A stretch of DNA of 64,000 nucleotides from the human T2T-CHM13v2.0 reference genome, Homo sapiens. The position numbers and the translations under genes are program-made. Of this stretch, positions 1 to 18,319 are shown piece by piece; the first letter of the stretch is position 1; every line of letters begins with the position of its first letter. The notes beneath the pieces were generated by a model. That model did no database searches and was not told where the DNA came from. It worked only from the letters and a program-made list of their open reading frames with translations. The stretch lies in NCBI RefSeq assembly GCF_009914755.1, contig NC_060935.1, one strand, 5' to 3'.

Positions 1-352
1 GGCTAGAGGAATGCTGTCTATGTCATATAGAGTAAGCAATTCTGAGGCTGATGGTGTATTTCAAAAATAATCTGCATCTGAAATTTGCACATGGAAACTC
101 GAAAACCTTTCTAGCATTCTGTAAGAATGAAGTAGACTGAAAGTGGTTTTCAGATATTAAAAAAAATAGTATTTTTATTATTGAGCTTTACTTCCGGAGA
201 AGATAGTCAACTAAATCTTACATGATGGGCACTCTAATATAAACTATGTAATGAAAAAGTACACAGGGAATTTTGCTTAAAACGTGGAAAATAAAAGATG
301 GTCAAATCTGTCCTCTGTGAGCTGCAAAAGCCACTTCTCCATTATCCTTTTA

Positions 353-592
<240 letters not shown>

Positions 593-3500
593 TTATAGCA
601 AATTTATATTGAAGGAGTATATACATCATAATTGGGACAAGTCACCAATAAAGAAATGAATATCGTGTTAGGTTTTACCACTTCTCTAATACCAAGTGTT
701 AGAAAACATTGTAGTAATGTCTACAGTTTTCTAGAGAAAAAGGGTTGAGAATGATAAACTTTATTTCTAGTCTTACTGTCTTTAATAAGTGTAGGAAATA
801 AAATGACATCTTCACATTTGTTTGGCTTCATAATATACACTACCTACATGTCGTTTTGAATAAAAATTCTAAAAAGTATTTTTACTGATAAACATTCACC
901 ATCTTTGTTCATATCATGCTTGATGAGTTTAAGTCATTCCTCATTTTTGTGTCATAGCCTACTTATGTTTACACTGATCCCTCAAATTCTACTATAAATG
1001 TTGAAACTTTTCTAATGCAACCAGCCTCTAAGAAACCTTTAATTCCCACTTTGATGGTGTTAGCAAGTAAAAGGAATTACTTATTTTATAGTTATATTTC
1101 AAATTTGGCCAATATACTATTGGCACAGGAATTTCATTAAAATTTTGCATTTCATCACTCAGACAGTAATTCCTTAAGCAATATATTTTCTACCAAGAAC
1201 TTAATGCACAAGGAAATATTTTTTTACTATTATTTAAAAATTGAGGAATAAAAAATTCATTATATGAAAGTATAAAATACATGCAATAAACAAATTTGCA
1301 AAAATTCAAAGATCAAATATTATATTAAAACATTCTAAAATATTGGATGTAATTATTATTAGAAAGAGAAAAAGATAAATTTTTTATTTGTATTTTTCAA
1401 GAGTAGTACTACTCTGATAACTAGAAAAGTAGCTTAAAAATGCATGTACAGCATGAACCAATTTTGTTTTATCAATGTGCACACATATACCTTAATAATG
1501 TTTGCCTCAAACTAGAGGGAGAATATATTTTATACGCATTTTTTAATTCCCTTTTTTTTAAAAAAAAGCCAACATAGAAGGATAAATGTAGATTTTTTTT
1601 CACTGGAGAAAGGAGAATTCATTTGAGCAAATGAATGAGAAAGTAAGTCTGCAAAGTTACCAATGCAAGGACCCCAAATCAGAGCTTGAAGAGTATCTGT
1701 AGGGCCAGAGAAGGGGACGATCAGAGGGGATCTCATGGAAAGACCTCTGTGTGTTTAGAAGAGAAATAATTGTGGGAATGCTACATAGACTGGAGGAGAC
1801 ATCCAGAATAAAAGTGTAGTAATGTTTGAAAAAAGATGACCTTAGGAGTGTTGGAAATAGACTAGACAAAAATAGAATACCTAGAATGACTTTCAAATTA
1901 ATTCTTTGGAGTCAAATCAAGCCCCATAACCTGCCCTAGGCAGCTTTAATGCCTTGGATATGGCTTTAGAATTGTCTGACATGTTTTTCACTTCTACAAA
2001 TTATTAAATATCTCACATAAAGACTTCAGAAGAAAAAAGAAGAGACAGAGAGAATTACAGTGGAAGTATCCCTGTAACTGTCACATGAATCAAGAAGCAG
2101 ACTACTCTCATGATCTCCAAAGCCACTCGACATCCTTTCTGGCCTCACTCCTTCCCTTCTCCTTACACTCTTAGAGCCCATCTCATCAGGTCACTGGGAA
2201 GATTAAACCAGAGTGCTTAGGATATGGTGCCTAATAAATACTCAACATGCATTTGCCATGGTTTATTCTGCTCACATAGCACTTGGAAGTCAGCTCTAAC
2301 ATTATATATAGAGTTAAAAGAGGAAAGAAAAGAAAGAAAGAAATATGAAAATGATGTAAGGGCTTGGGAAAAAATTAAAACATGTTCTTTTAAAAAATTA
2401 AAATATGTTCTATATTTTTCCAAATTCTTTTAATGGAAGTTTTACATATCCACACAAAAGAATACTAAAGTTTGTTTGTTTATATTTTTCTGAAATTCTA
2501 CCTAGCACTTGTAAACAAACTAAAACCTATTATAGTTCTCTCAGAGAACACAATATATACATTTTTTGAGGGAAGATGAAGACCATTATCTACCATAAAA
2601 GCCTGAGATGTCCATCTCCCTTCAGTCAATTTATGGATATTATGGAAATAATAAGTCCTTCCGTTAAAAAAGTTCTTTTTTTTTTCATCAGAAAACTCCC
2701 TATATAAAGTGCAAGAGAGTTCAGTCATTGGAGCCCCCGAGACTATATGATTGAGATTCCTAAATCACATGCAAAGATAATTGCAGCTTGCATACTATTT
2801 ATAATCCAGATTCTATCCTAGCTGCAGCAAGCCTGCCAACTTGAATCTAAAGGAAATGGACTTGGTGAGCTTACCATTTCAGAAAGTAAATTCAAACAAC
2901 TTGCAAGGAATAACCAATGCTCTAGAATGAAAGGAACACAGTTTTAAAATTTATACTTTAAGTATTTAGTTAATCATATGAGTCTGGACATCTCTAGAAA
3001 TAATTTTAGTGATGCATATATAGATTGTGTTTTGCCTTATTTGGATATTCAAATTATTCCACTTACCTTCAAACTGTTGCTCTGAGCATACGAATTCCCA
3101 TTGTAACAGCTGTCAGTTATCTCTAAAATGATACACTGTTGTTTCCATGAATTGCTAATAGACTGAGCTAAGTAAAATATGGCATTCAAGAAGCTGAAAT
3201 GAAATAATCTAAATAACAGGAGAATGAACAGAATTTCAATGAGGACAGAGAGAAAACACTGGAAAGGAAGGAACAGGAATGGATTCACAACAATTGAAGC
3301 AGAACAATTGAATCAGAGCTACTGATGGTTAGTGTACAATCAAAACAATTACAACATATGTGGTAAATTATTTTTCCCTTCCTATTATCCTGCCTAACTG
3401 TGTGGTCTTTGTTGCATATATTTTTGTCTCCTTTTTATAGAACACAGACTGACTGTCAGTTAAATTTAAATATAGCCATCCTCTCAGAATTTGATAGATC

Positions 3501-3704
3501 ATTTTTTTTTTAGCTTAGGGCAGCAATACATTCAAATAGTTGCCCAATGAGGATGTAACATGATGTCCTAAAGGGATAGATAGATAGTGATAGAGAATGA
3601 TGCTTAACTGGGTAGCAAATTTCAAACAAAAAAAATACAGTAGTAGAATTTCTGGTAGAATGTCAACAAAGTATTGATCAAGAAAAAGCGTGATTCATAG
3701 GTTA

Positions 3705-3915
3705 CAAAGAGAACATATGGACATAAAGATGGGAACAGTAAACACTGGGAAGTACTAGAGGGGGCAAGGATTGAAAAACTACCTATTGAGTACTATGCTC
3801 ACGACCTGGGTGACAGGATCATTCATACCTGAAAGCTCTGCATCACAAAGCGAACACACATAACAAACCTGCGCATGTACCATTGAATCTAAAATAAAAG
3901 TTTTTTTAATAAAAA
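3705..3915 (+). mobile_element. Old primate L1 3' end (L1PA15/16-like)
   Basis: GAAAAACTACCTATTGAGTACTATGCTCAC...AACAAACCTGCGCATGTACC...TCTAAAATAAAAG resembles an L1 3' UTR. Confidence 0.7.
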
Positions 3916-6900
3916 GAAATGAGAAGACCATAACTGAAAGGACATGTAAGATCACTGCAATAACCACTACCATAATCATTATTCCTCATTCTTCTAAAGA
4001 AAAAAAAAAAAGTCCACCCAAGAATTAACCAGTCAGATACCCTAGGAAGGTCACTAAACAATCAAATGGAAATAACTCAAAATTGGGTCTGTGTGTACGT
4101 TATCCTATTTACTTTGTTCCCTGCCCTTGTTGCCTGTAATTAATGTATGGTAATGATTTTAATTATTGAATAATTTATTTTTATAATATTTTAAGTCATT
4201 GAAGTTATTTATTTTAATAATTCGACAAGTATTTGCTGATTGTTGTGTAAATGAATGGTAGCCTGTATTTCATAAGAGACAAACAAAAATAAAAGTCTTG
4301 GAAATAATTATTTATGGAGTGGCAAAGATGGACTTATTGACACTTTCATGCACTTTATCTAGTTAATTACCTCAATAAAACTGGAAATAAATTACTCATC
4401 AGCAGTATACTCATTAGTAATACAACAATCTGAGAAAAAAGTATTACATACCCCAAATTACACAGATCACGGAGGGGTGAGTAGAATTCAAATTTAAATT
4501 TGTACAAGCACTTCTTAATATTTCAAGACAGAGCATAAAACAGTCTCTGTCCTTGAGGGATTTAGGATCATGAAAATCAAGGATGCATAGAGTTTACTTT
4601 GGCATACATTAAAAATTGAAATGTTTGCATCATTGAGAACCTCTATTTTAAACAATAACAGTATGAAATATTTATTAATTACATGTTATATATTAAGTCT
4701 ATATTTTATAGACTTAGAGAGTTTGGTTTAATTTATTATCTCATTTTGTCATCCGCATATCAAAATTATAAGGGCTTTTAGCTCAAGGCCAATAGCTCTG
4801 GAGGTTATCTGATTTGCACAAAAGAATAAAATAATTATGAAATGAGTAGAGAATTTTATATTAAATCTGTTCTACTGTTTTGGTTCTACATCTTTTATGT
4901 ATGAGCTCAGGCTCTGGATTCAACAAAATCTGATTTCAAGTTCTGATTTGCTGCATACTAGTTTGATAATCTGTATATACTTTTTCAGGAAAACCTTAAT
5001 TAATTTTTACATTTCTAAAATATTATTACTCTTGGATGTCCATCAAACTGAGCGTAATAGCATAGTCATCTGCATAGTGTTTTTTTCTTTTCAAAGTTCA
5101 ACATATATCTTTAAATTTAAAACTTTGAACTATCTGATTTATATGAGGATAAATTATGTCTCAAATTTTACAGTGTGGAAGGAAATGAAATGAAGAGTAC
5201 ACATTTAGAATTGATGGCTGCGTCAAGAATAGAAACGTGATGTCAACTAAAACTCTAAAATTAAGAAGCTAGAAATATAGATGGTAGTAGATATACAGTT
5301 AACCAGATGTGCATGAGGAAGTTGAAGATAAAGGGAGGATTGATAACATGGGAAATAAAGCCTTAGCTTTGGCCTTAAGAATGGAGCAACTGGAGAGTCA
5401 AACAGGTATTTAGAAATATTGTTAGTTCAAAGGTCAGACAATATCTAGTTAGTAGAAAACTTTATTTCATGTACATAAATGAAGATAGAATAATTGTTTG
5501 ACTTTGCCCTGATACTCTAACAATCTTAATTTCTTGAGAGACGTTAGTTCATGTATGAACCACAATTTTTATTTAGGTTTTTGGGAAAAACAAGTCAGGT
5601 GGGTTTTTTCGTCTCCATGCCCATGATTAAAATAATGGATTTGTTTATGTCTATTGATATGAACCAATAAATAATGAATTGTCAAAGCCAGTCACTTAAA
5701 TATTATTTTAAAATGAAAATATCCTCTTTATAGGTAAAGAAATTTTCCCACCTGTAAGTATATTACATGCCGACAGTATAATTGGAGGCATATAAGAACA
5801 ATTACTTTTCAATGGCTAATTCTAAATCTTGGAATTGCACCTTAAATAAATTGAGTTGTTTGAAGGCCTCATTTTTGTTATATTTTTAAAATTAATTTGG
5901 AGAATGGCACAGTTAACAACCTCTAAAAGAAGAGGTGAGCAGGAAATTTAACAGTTAATGGACAAAAAAGACAGCTACAAGATTATGGCAGAGGATACAG
6001 CTCAAATTTTAAGCAAAAATGATAATACTAATGATATTTAGGGTCAAATTTATAGTAAAGACAATTAGACTATTTGGTTAAAAATTCTGTTATTTTACCA
6101 ACAGTTTTGAGACTTAAACTAAATTACCAGGAGCTCTGGTCAACCCCAACTACATTGCCTAGATTTTCATAGAACAAATCCTGTTGATTTAATATTTGCA
6201 GATTCATGAGGATGTTCAAACTTTTTTCACTCTATATTTGACTTTAGTTAAAATTTCTTCCATTTAGAACTAGGGGATTTGACTAAGGGACCTCAAAGTT
6301 TTCTTATTGCTTAAATAATTTTATAATCCTAAGATGTTATTTTCTTCATGGGAATAAAATTAACTGGACTGTACTCTTGATGACTGTTAGAGTATTGATT
6401 TGGTAACTCTAGCGTTTAAATAAAAAATTCAGATGTTAATAGTCTCTGGTTAATAAAGATTTATTTTGGCTTCACAACCATTTTGTGATAATGTCCAGGC
6501 CAATTTCCTCATTTATAAATGAGATAACTTTAACTCAGAGAAATGAAGTGATTTGTATCCATATTCACACACTGTAATATAATTAGGTAACAGAATCCAG
6601 GTTCTACTGAAAATGTGTCTGCACATAAACCTTTTCTCATAAACTTCCAAAAAACTTTGTAGCTGGATTTATTCAATGTGAGGACTTTTCATGGATTTTG
6701 ACAAGAAGCATTAGTTGGACAAAATAGGGAATAGAAATACAGATTCCAATTCAAGAAACAGAAAAAATTGACTTACAAAATATACAAAGTCAAGAGCAAA
6801 ACCATCCAGGTAAAGCTGCCTTCTGCTCCTCTATGTTAGTTTTAACTGCTGCTTTATTCTGTGGTTTATTTAAGTCTATGATTCTAACTGAAGTGCCTAC

Positions 6901-7040
6901 AGAAATAAACCTATTTCTGTTATAAAGGATCAGCATTTTACTGTCAAAATAAAAAATAAGGAAAGGGAAAGCAAGCAATCCAAGTTTACTATAACCAATT
7001 GCATGAGCTTCTTGCTGAGAGTTTTTTATTTTTCACCTTG

Positions 7041-7043
<3 letters not shown>

Positions 7044-7083
<40 letters not shown>
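7044..7083. repeat. (AT)n microsatellite, about 20 units
   Basis: Direct reading. Confidence 0.95.
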
Positions 7084-7086
<3 letters not shown>

Positions 7087-7623
7087 ATTACGTTAATCCT
7101 TAATTTGGTTTTCTACATCACTCTAAAATGATTTGAGGTATAACATATTTTCCACCACATATTTCACAGTTAAACTTTACATTTGTAAGAAAATAAATAT
7201 TCATGACATACTTTCATCTGTAACCAAATTTGAGTTTATAAGGATTCATGACCACATTCTTTGTGAGAAGTTAATTGCATATTGGGAAATGTTTGGCAAT
7301 GAATAATGATTCTTTAACCGTGTTTAAAATGGATTGAATACATTTATTTAAACATTTTTTAAATTGACTGATTGAATGCATTCATTTTATCAATGTTATA
7401 ATGTCCCAAAAATGACTTCTAGAAATCATCATGGTACTAATTAGAAAAAGAAAATATTTTTATTAAATATCAGTTTTCATTGTCTGAAATTCTGTAATCA
7501 TATCCCTTAAACATAGTTGCATAATATTAGTATTATCATCAATACTCTCCATGACATTTCTGACACTGACTTATGCTTAATGTCCTTTCAGGTGGCTTTT
7601 ATGCATTCTTTCTGCACTGGTTC

Positions 7624-8553
7624 ATGGAAAATAGGAATATTGTCACTGTCTTTATTCTCCTGGGACTTTCTCAAAACAAGAACATTGAAGTTTTTTGGTT
7701 TGTATTATTTGTATTTTGCTACATTGCTATTTGGATGGAAAACTTCATCATAATGATTTCTATCATGTACATTTAGCTAATTGACCAACCCATGTATTTC
7801 TTCCTTAATTACCTCGCACTCTCAGATCTTTGCTACATATCCACTGTGGCCCCCAAGCTAATGATTGACCTACTAACAGAAAGGAAGATCGTTTCCTATA
7901 ATAACTGCATGATACAGCTATTTATCACTCACTTCCTTGGAGACATTGAGATCTTCATACTCAAAGCAATGGCCTATGACCACTACATAGCCATCTGCAA
8001 GCACCTGCACTACACCATCATCACGACCAAGCAAAGCTGTAACACCATCATCATAGCTTGTTGTACTGGGGGATTTATACACTCTGCCAGTCAGTTTCTT
8101 CTTACCATCTTCTTACCATTCTGTGGTCTTAATGAGATAGATCAGTACTTCTGCTATGTGTATCCTCTGCTGAAGTTGGCTCGCATTGATATATACAGAA
8201 TTGGTTTCTTGGTAATTGTTAATTCAGGCCTGATTTCTTTGTTGGCTTTTGTGATTTTGATGGTGTCTTATTATTTGATATTATCCACCATCAGGGTTTA
8301 CTCTGCTGAGAGTCATACCAAAGCTCTTTCAACCTGTAGCTCTCACATAATAGTTGTGGTCCTATTCTTTGTGCCTGCCCTCTTCATTTACATCAGACCA
8401 GCCATAACTTTTCCAGAAGATAAAGTGTTTGTTCTCTTCTGTGCCATCATTGCTCCCATGTTCAGTCTTCTTATCTACATGCTGAGAAAGGTGGAGATGA
8501 AGAACGCTGTAAGGAAAATGTGGTGTCATCAATTGCTTCTGGCAAGGAAGTAA
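7624..8553 (+). pseudogene. OR4P1P: Olfactory receptor family 4P pseudogene (OR4P4 paralog)
   Basis: ATG at 7624: [23 protein letters not shown]...[17 protein letters not shown]..., with in-frame TAG at 7774-7776. Motifs are degenerate ([23 protein letters not shown]), though KALSTCSSH is recognisable. Candidate splice acceptor TGTCCTTTCAG ends at 7591. Symbol from similarity to OR4P4 and recalled gene order. Confidence 0.85.
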
Positions 8554-9057
8554 CTTGTATGAAAGGCATTTTAGAATTTCATTTTAATGCCTAAATATCA
8601 GCCTTAGAATTAATATGGAGTAATACAAAAGCATATATGGTGCATGCAAGAGCCAGCTACAGATAAAAGCTCAGTATCTCCAGCACTTGCTCAGACCTCT
8701 TCTGCTTGGGCAATTTTTATTATTTTATTTTAATGCTTATTCTTCCTTTATTCTTCTCACGTACCTGCCTCAAGTTCTCCTTGATTTGACATTTTATTTA
8801 GAATGTTTAATGAAGTCTAGTCTCCCATCCTTTTGATTTTTAATTTTATTCTAAGGGGAAATTGAATAAATTTATTCTATTTTATTATATTAGACAGAAA
8901 CTAATGGAAACCCATGCAGTAAAGGAGAAATATACTCCTACTCCCAGCATCTCAGATGAAAGTATATAAATGTAGATTTTTCAGCTCAAGATAATAGGTA
9001 AATGAGTGGAACATTTAAGTCCTTTAGCTACTCAACATTTATAAACACACTTCTCTA

Positions 9058-9671
9058 CAGTAAGTCCTCACTTAACATCGTTGATAAGTTCTTGGAAACT
9101 GCCAGTCTAAATGAAATGTCATATAATGAGACATATTATATGGCATTTCATATAATATGAAATTACAACTTCATATTCTCTCAAATATTCTATGACATAT
9201 TTCTGGCCTTAACACCCACTAAATTTCTAAATAAAGACCAAAACACTTCTAATATTAAATATTGAAATAAATGTGAGCTGTACATACATTTAGGAAAGGT
9301 TAATAAGCACAAGTAAGATCATTATTTGCCCAGTGATGGAGATTCAGATTCATAGGTAGCTGAAGCCTTTCCAGACAGGTCAGGGTGCAAGGTGGGAACC
9401 ACTCTGGGTAAGACTCCGTCCCGTCACAGGACACACGCACATGCAGACCCACACTCACTCCTCCTGGGACCTTGTAGACATGCCAGTTCACCAAAGCAGC
9501 ATTGCTTGGGATGTGGGAGGAAGCCAGAGAAAATCCACGCACACATGGGGAGACCATACAAACTCCACACAGACAGTGGCCCTGGCCTGGAATTGAGTTT
9601 TTTTTTTTTTTTCTCATTAACCTTATAACAAGATGACATTTAATGAAACAATGCTATTCGAGGACCAGCTG
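9058..9671 (+). mobile_element. TcMar-Tigger non-autonomous DNA transposon (MER82-like)
   Basis: Termini CAGTAAGTCCTCACTTAACATCGTT... and ...ATTCGAGGACCAGCTG form imperfect TIRs; TA on both sides (9056-57, 9672-73). Confidence 0.75.
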
Positions 9672-10827
9672 TATATTTTGGAAACTCCTTTAGAAAATAA
9701 CACCTCTATGCTGCCATTGAGTAAGGTGCTTCTGCAAAGGTACCTCCTTCTACCCCCAAAACATAATATCCCAACCATTCTGGATAATGTTATATTTCAA
9801 TGTCAGTTTATCTTCCAGTCCACATTATTATAATTCCTTTGAAATGATCTGTAATCCAAAGGATACATTGTAAAATCAATGACCTAAAACACTTAATATA
9901 AAATAATAAGAAAAAAGAGAGGGAGGAGGAGCCAAGATGGCCGAATAGGAACAGCTCCAGTCTACAGCTCCCAGCGTGAGTGACGCAGAAGACGGGTGAT
10001 TTCTGCATTTCCATCTGAGGTACCGGGTTCATCTCACTAGGGAGTGCCAGACAGTGGGCGCAGGCCAGTGGGTGCATGCACCGTGCGCGAGCCGAAGCAG
10101 GGTGAGGCATTACCTCACCTGGGAAGCTCAAGGGGTCAGGGAGTTCCCTTTCCAAGTCAAAGAAAGGGGTGACGGACGCACCTGGAAAATCGGGTCACTC
10201 CCACGCGAATATTGCGCTTTTCAGACCGGCTTAAAAAACGGCGCACCACGAGACTATATCCCACACCTGGCTCAGAGGGTCCTACCCCCACGGAATCTCA
10301 CTGACTGCTAGCACAGCAGTCTGAGATCAAACTGCAAGGCGGCAGCGAGGCTGGGGGAGGGGCGCCAGCCATCACCCAGGCTTGCTTAGGTAAACAAAGC
10401 AGCCAGGAAGCTCCAACTCGGTGGAGCTCACCACAGCTCAAGGAGGCCTGCCTGCCTCTGTAGGCTCCACCTCTGGGGGCAGGGCACAGACAAACAAAAA
10501 GACAGCAGTAAACTCTGCAGACTTAAATGTCCCTGTCTGACAGCTTTGAAGAGAGCAGTGGTTCTCCCAGCATGCAGCTGGAGATCTGAGAACAGGCAGA
10601 CTGCCTCCTCAAGTGGGTCCCTGACCCCTGACCCCTGAGCAGCCTAACTGGGAGGCACCCCCCAGCAGGGGCACACTGACACCTCACACTGCAGGGTATG
10701 CCAACAGACCTGCAGCTGAGGGTCCTGTCTGTTAGAAGGAAAACTAACAAACAGAAAGGACATCCACACCAAAAACCCATCTCTACATCACCATCATCAA
10801 AGACCAAAAGTAGATAAAACCACAAAG

Positions 10828-11844
10828 ATGGGGAAAAAACAGAACAGAAAAACTGGAAACTCTAAAAAGCAGAGCGCCTCTCCACCTCCAAAGGAACGCA
10901 GTTCCTCACCAGCAACAGAAAAAAGGTGGATGGAGAATGATTTTGACGAGCTGAGAGAAGAAGGCTTCAGACGATCAAATTACTCTGAGCTACGGGAGGA
11001 CATTCAAACCAAAGGCAAAGAAGTTGAAAACTTTGAAAAAAATTTAGAAGAATGTATAACTAGAATAACAAATACAGAGAAGTGCTTAAAGGAGCTGATG
11101 GAGCTGAAAACCAAGGCTCGAGAACTATGTGAAGAATGCAGAAGCCTCAGGAGCCGATGCGATCAACTGGAAGAAAGGGTATCAGCAATGGAAGATGAAA
11201 TGAATGAAATGAAGCGAGAAGGGAAGTTTAGAGAAAAAAGAATAAAAAGAAATGAGCAAAGCCTCCAAGAAATATGGGACTATGTGAAAAGACCAAATCA
11301 ACGTCTGATTGGTGTACCTGAAAGTGATGTGGAGAATGGAACCAAGTTGGAAAACACTCTGCAGGATATTATCCAGGAGAACTTCCCCAATCTAGCAAGG
11401 CAGGCCAACGTTCAGATTCAGGAAATACAGAGAACGCCACAAAGATACTCCTCGAGAAGAGCAACTCCAAGACACATAATTGTCAGATTCACCAAAGTTG
11501 AAATGAAGGACAAAATGTTAAGGGCAGCCAGAGAGAAAGGTCGGGTTACCCTCAAAGGGAAGCCCATCAGACTAACAGCAGATCTCTCGGCAGAAACCCT
11601 ACAAGCCAGAAGAGAGTGGGGGCCAATATTCAACATTCTTAAAGAAAAGAATTTTCAACCCAGAATTTCATATCCAGCCAAACTAAGCTTCATAAGTGAA
11701 GGAGAAATAAAATACTTTACAGACAAGCAAATGCTCAGAGATTTTGTCACCACCAGGCCTGCCCTAAAAGAGCTCCTGAAGGAAGTGCTAAACATGGAAA
11801 GGAACAACCAGTACCAGCCGCTGCAAAATCATGCCAATATGTAA
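10828..11844 (+). CDS. L1 ORF1p, uninterrupted 338 aa
   Basis: MGKKQNRKTGNSK...; coiled coil, RRM (IVRFTKVEMK) and CTD (ARREW, YPAKLSF); canonical length. Confidence 0.9.
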   Translation: MGKKQNRKTGNSKKQSASPPPKERSSSPATEKRWMENDFDELREEGFRRSNYSELREDIQTKGKEVENFEKNLEECITRITNTEKCLKELMELKTKARELCEECRSLRSRCDQLEERVSAMEDEMNEMKREGKFREKRIKRNEQSLQEIWDYVKRPNQRLIGVPESDVENGTKLENTLQDIIQENFPNLARQANVQIQEIQRTPQRYSSRRATPRHIIVRFTKVEMKDKMLRAAREKGRVTLKGKPIRLTADLSAETLQARREWGPIFNILKEKNFQPRISYPAKLSFISEGEIKYFTDKQMLRDFVTTRPALKELLKEVLNMERNNQYQPLQNHANM

Positions 11845-11880
11845 AGACCATCGAGACTAGGAAGAAACTACATCAACTAA

Positions 11881-15735
<3,855 letters not shown>

Positions 15736-16229
15736 ACAATGAGATCACATGGACACAGGAAGGGGAATATCACACTCTGGGGACTGTGGTGGGGTGGGGG
15801 GAGGGGGGAGGGATAGCATTGGGAGATATACCTAATGCTAGATGACGAGTTAGTGGGTGCAGCGCACCAGCATGGCACATGTATACATATGTAACTAACC
15901 TGCACAATGTGCACATGTACCCTAAAACTTAAAGTATAATTAAAAAAATATATATAAATTGTTGACATAATTTTAATCCACAGCATTATTTAAATTGTCT
16001 AGTTCAAGATTATTTTGAGAAAACAATTAACTGTGGCAATTCTAATTAAATTCCCTTGATGTGTATATTGGAAAAATATATAAAGCACAGATTGTAAAAT
16101 AAAGAACAGCATTGGAAAGTTTCAAAATATATATTTTTAAGAAAAGCTAAAAAAAAAAGAAAAAAGAGAGGACAAAATTTGTAATATATATATTTATATA
16201 CATAAAACACACATATGTGAAAAATATAC

Positions 16230-17000
16230 ATTGCTACTATAGTCCTTGTTCCTGTAACTGGTCATGAGATTTTAGTCAATATTCACACCTTTATTTCTTA
16301 CACTTCTCTTTTCTTTGACTTCAGGCTAAACTTCAGCTGACCTGGGTTCATTTTTACTAGGATAAACCAGATCTTGGTTCTTGAAATTCCGAATCCTTAA
16401 TGGCCTTACCAGTTTTTTGTTGTTGCTTTATTTCTTCATGAAATTTTTCTGCTAGTTATGGAAATTTTAAAAGGTCCCTTGAAGAATCTCCAGAATTCCA
16501 GATATTGGTCATTCTTGCCTCCATTGTGGCCAATACCAATCTCCCTTGTCCCCAGTACCAGTCACTTCAGCCCCATTTTTCTCTGTTTGTTCATTAAAGG
16601 CATGAAGTGGCCAAATTATCCAGCTGACAATTTCTCTAATTCAATAAAGTAATTGCTGTGTTTCTTGATAAAAGCACAACATCTGTGTAACTAAGACATA
16701 ACCACCTGAATTGAAAAATACTGGGACAGAAAGCAAACATTCTGGGTTTTAGGGCAATAAACCCATTTACAGTAAATAATAAAAGGAGGTACTGCCATGC
16801 ACATCCTTTGATTTCCGTAACTGTTTATTTTTGTTCTTATTATTATTTTTTTAAGCCAAGGAAGAAACAATATCCTATTTTGGCCAATACATCCTTCAGG
16901 AGAACCTCCAACTTTTCACTTCGTTGTCTCTGAATTAACACTTGAATGTTCAGTAAGACATTTCACCAGGGTATCAAACCAGTTACTTCAAAGTAGTGGG
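16230..17000 (-). mobile_element. Decayed ERVL/MaLR-type internal sequence
   Basis: TACTATAGTCCTTGTTCCTGTAACTGGTCATG and downstream sequence resemble ERVL-int remnants; by-eye recognition only. Confidence 0.35.
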
Positions 17001-17004
17001 GTAT

Positions 17005-17410
17005 GTATTAGTTTTCTAGGGCTGCCATAACAAAGTAACACAGGCCTGTTGGCTGACACAACAGAACATCATTTTCCAGTCAGTTCTGAAGTTTGGAAGC
17101 CCAAGATCAAGGTGTCCCTTGGTCAGGTTTTTCCAGAGGTCTTTCTCGTTGGCTTTGCAGAGGCCTGCTTATCACTGTGTCCTCACATGGCTCTTTCTCT
17201 GTGGGGTCACGTCCCTGGTGCTACTTGTGTACATCCAAATTTTCACTTCTTAAAAAGACACAAATCAGATTCAGTTAAGGTCTATCCTAATTTTCACTTC
17301 ATTACCTCTCATTTTCACTTAATTACCTCTTTAAGAGCTTACCTCCAAATATACATTCTGAGGTACTGGAAGTTAGGGCTTCGACATGTGAGTTTTAAGG
17401 GCACACAATA
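17005..17410 (-). mobile_element. MaLR LTR (MLT1B/C-like)
   Basis: TGTATTAGTTTTCTAGGGCTGCCATAACAAAGTA...CCAAATATACATTCTGAGGTACTGG. Confidence 0.75.
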
Positions 17411-18319
17411 CTGATAGGAAAAAAATATTCCATGTCCTTATGTTTGGTTACTGTATGGCTCAGGAGGCCAATTTAAGGATTTGAACTGCCACTAAGAATG
17501 GCTATTTCAGCTAGGGATTTAGGAACTATGGAAATAAACAGGACAGTGAGTGTACATATCCATTGGGGTCACTAAAAGATGGACTTGAGCAGCACTAAAT
17601 CTACGAAAACAATTTTAAAGAAATATACCTAAACCATAAAGGTGCAGAATGGTTGAAAAGAAAGGGTAAATAGCTATTGTGCAAGTACTAACTAGGGAAA
17701 GATGGTATTTGTATTAATGATCAGGTATATGTACCAATAGTACTGAGGAAATTTCAATACACTAGGAATTTATGAAAATTCTAAGTTCATATCAACCTAG
17801 AAGTTTATAGATTTGATGGGATCTCATGGACATATACAGCTCACTTGAACCAGAGACTCTAGGGTACACATTTCATTTAAGTACATACAAGTTACTTTAA
17901 AAAATACTGCATGCTATGCTATCAGCATGCTATGCTATCAGCTCAAATTTCAAATCTGTATTACACTAACTTTGTGACATAATGCAACAGCTGATGAAAA
18001 TGCAAATAAAGTAAATATCTGCAGTAATTAGATAAGTATTTTAAATAAATTAAAATTTAAAAACATACATTAAAACACCTTAGTTGGTAAAACAAATCAT
18101 AATAGAAATCAATTAATTCTTAGACCTTAAAGAGAACAACCATGCTACCTGTTTAAGCTTATGCAGGCTTCTGTTTTGAGATAAAATGTTTAACTTGTAT
18201 CTAGAAGTCCTTTACATAGAAATATCCCCTAGAAAAGCAGAGCATATGGTGGGGGTAAAAGGCTTGTGTGAGGACATAAGAGAGATACTGAGGCTGATGT
18301 TTCGTGCCCCCTTTTGTCC

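Noticed and set aside
2695-2870. TATA-like CCCTATATAAAG, TAATTG and donor G|GTGAGC as the first exon of OR4P1P
   Set aside because: Plausible, but such motifs are common in AT-rich DNA and no paralog in the window corroborates them
7792-8553. 253-aa ORF as a functional or read-through OR4P receptor
   Set aside because: It lacks TM1. Beyond the TAG, key motifs are lost (GN>EN, DRY>DHY, KPLHY>KHLHY, LAC>LAR, NPLIY>SLLIY), which indicates long neutral decay.
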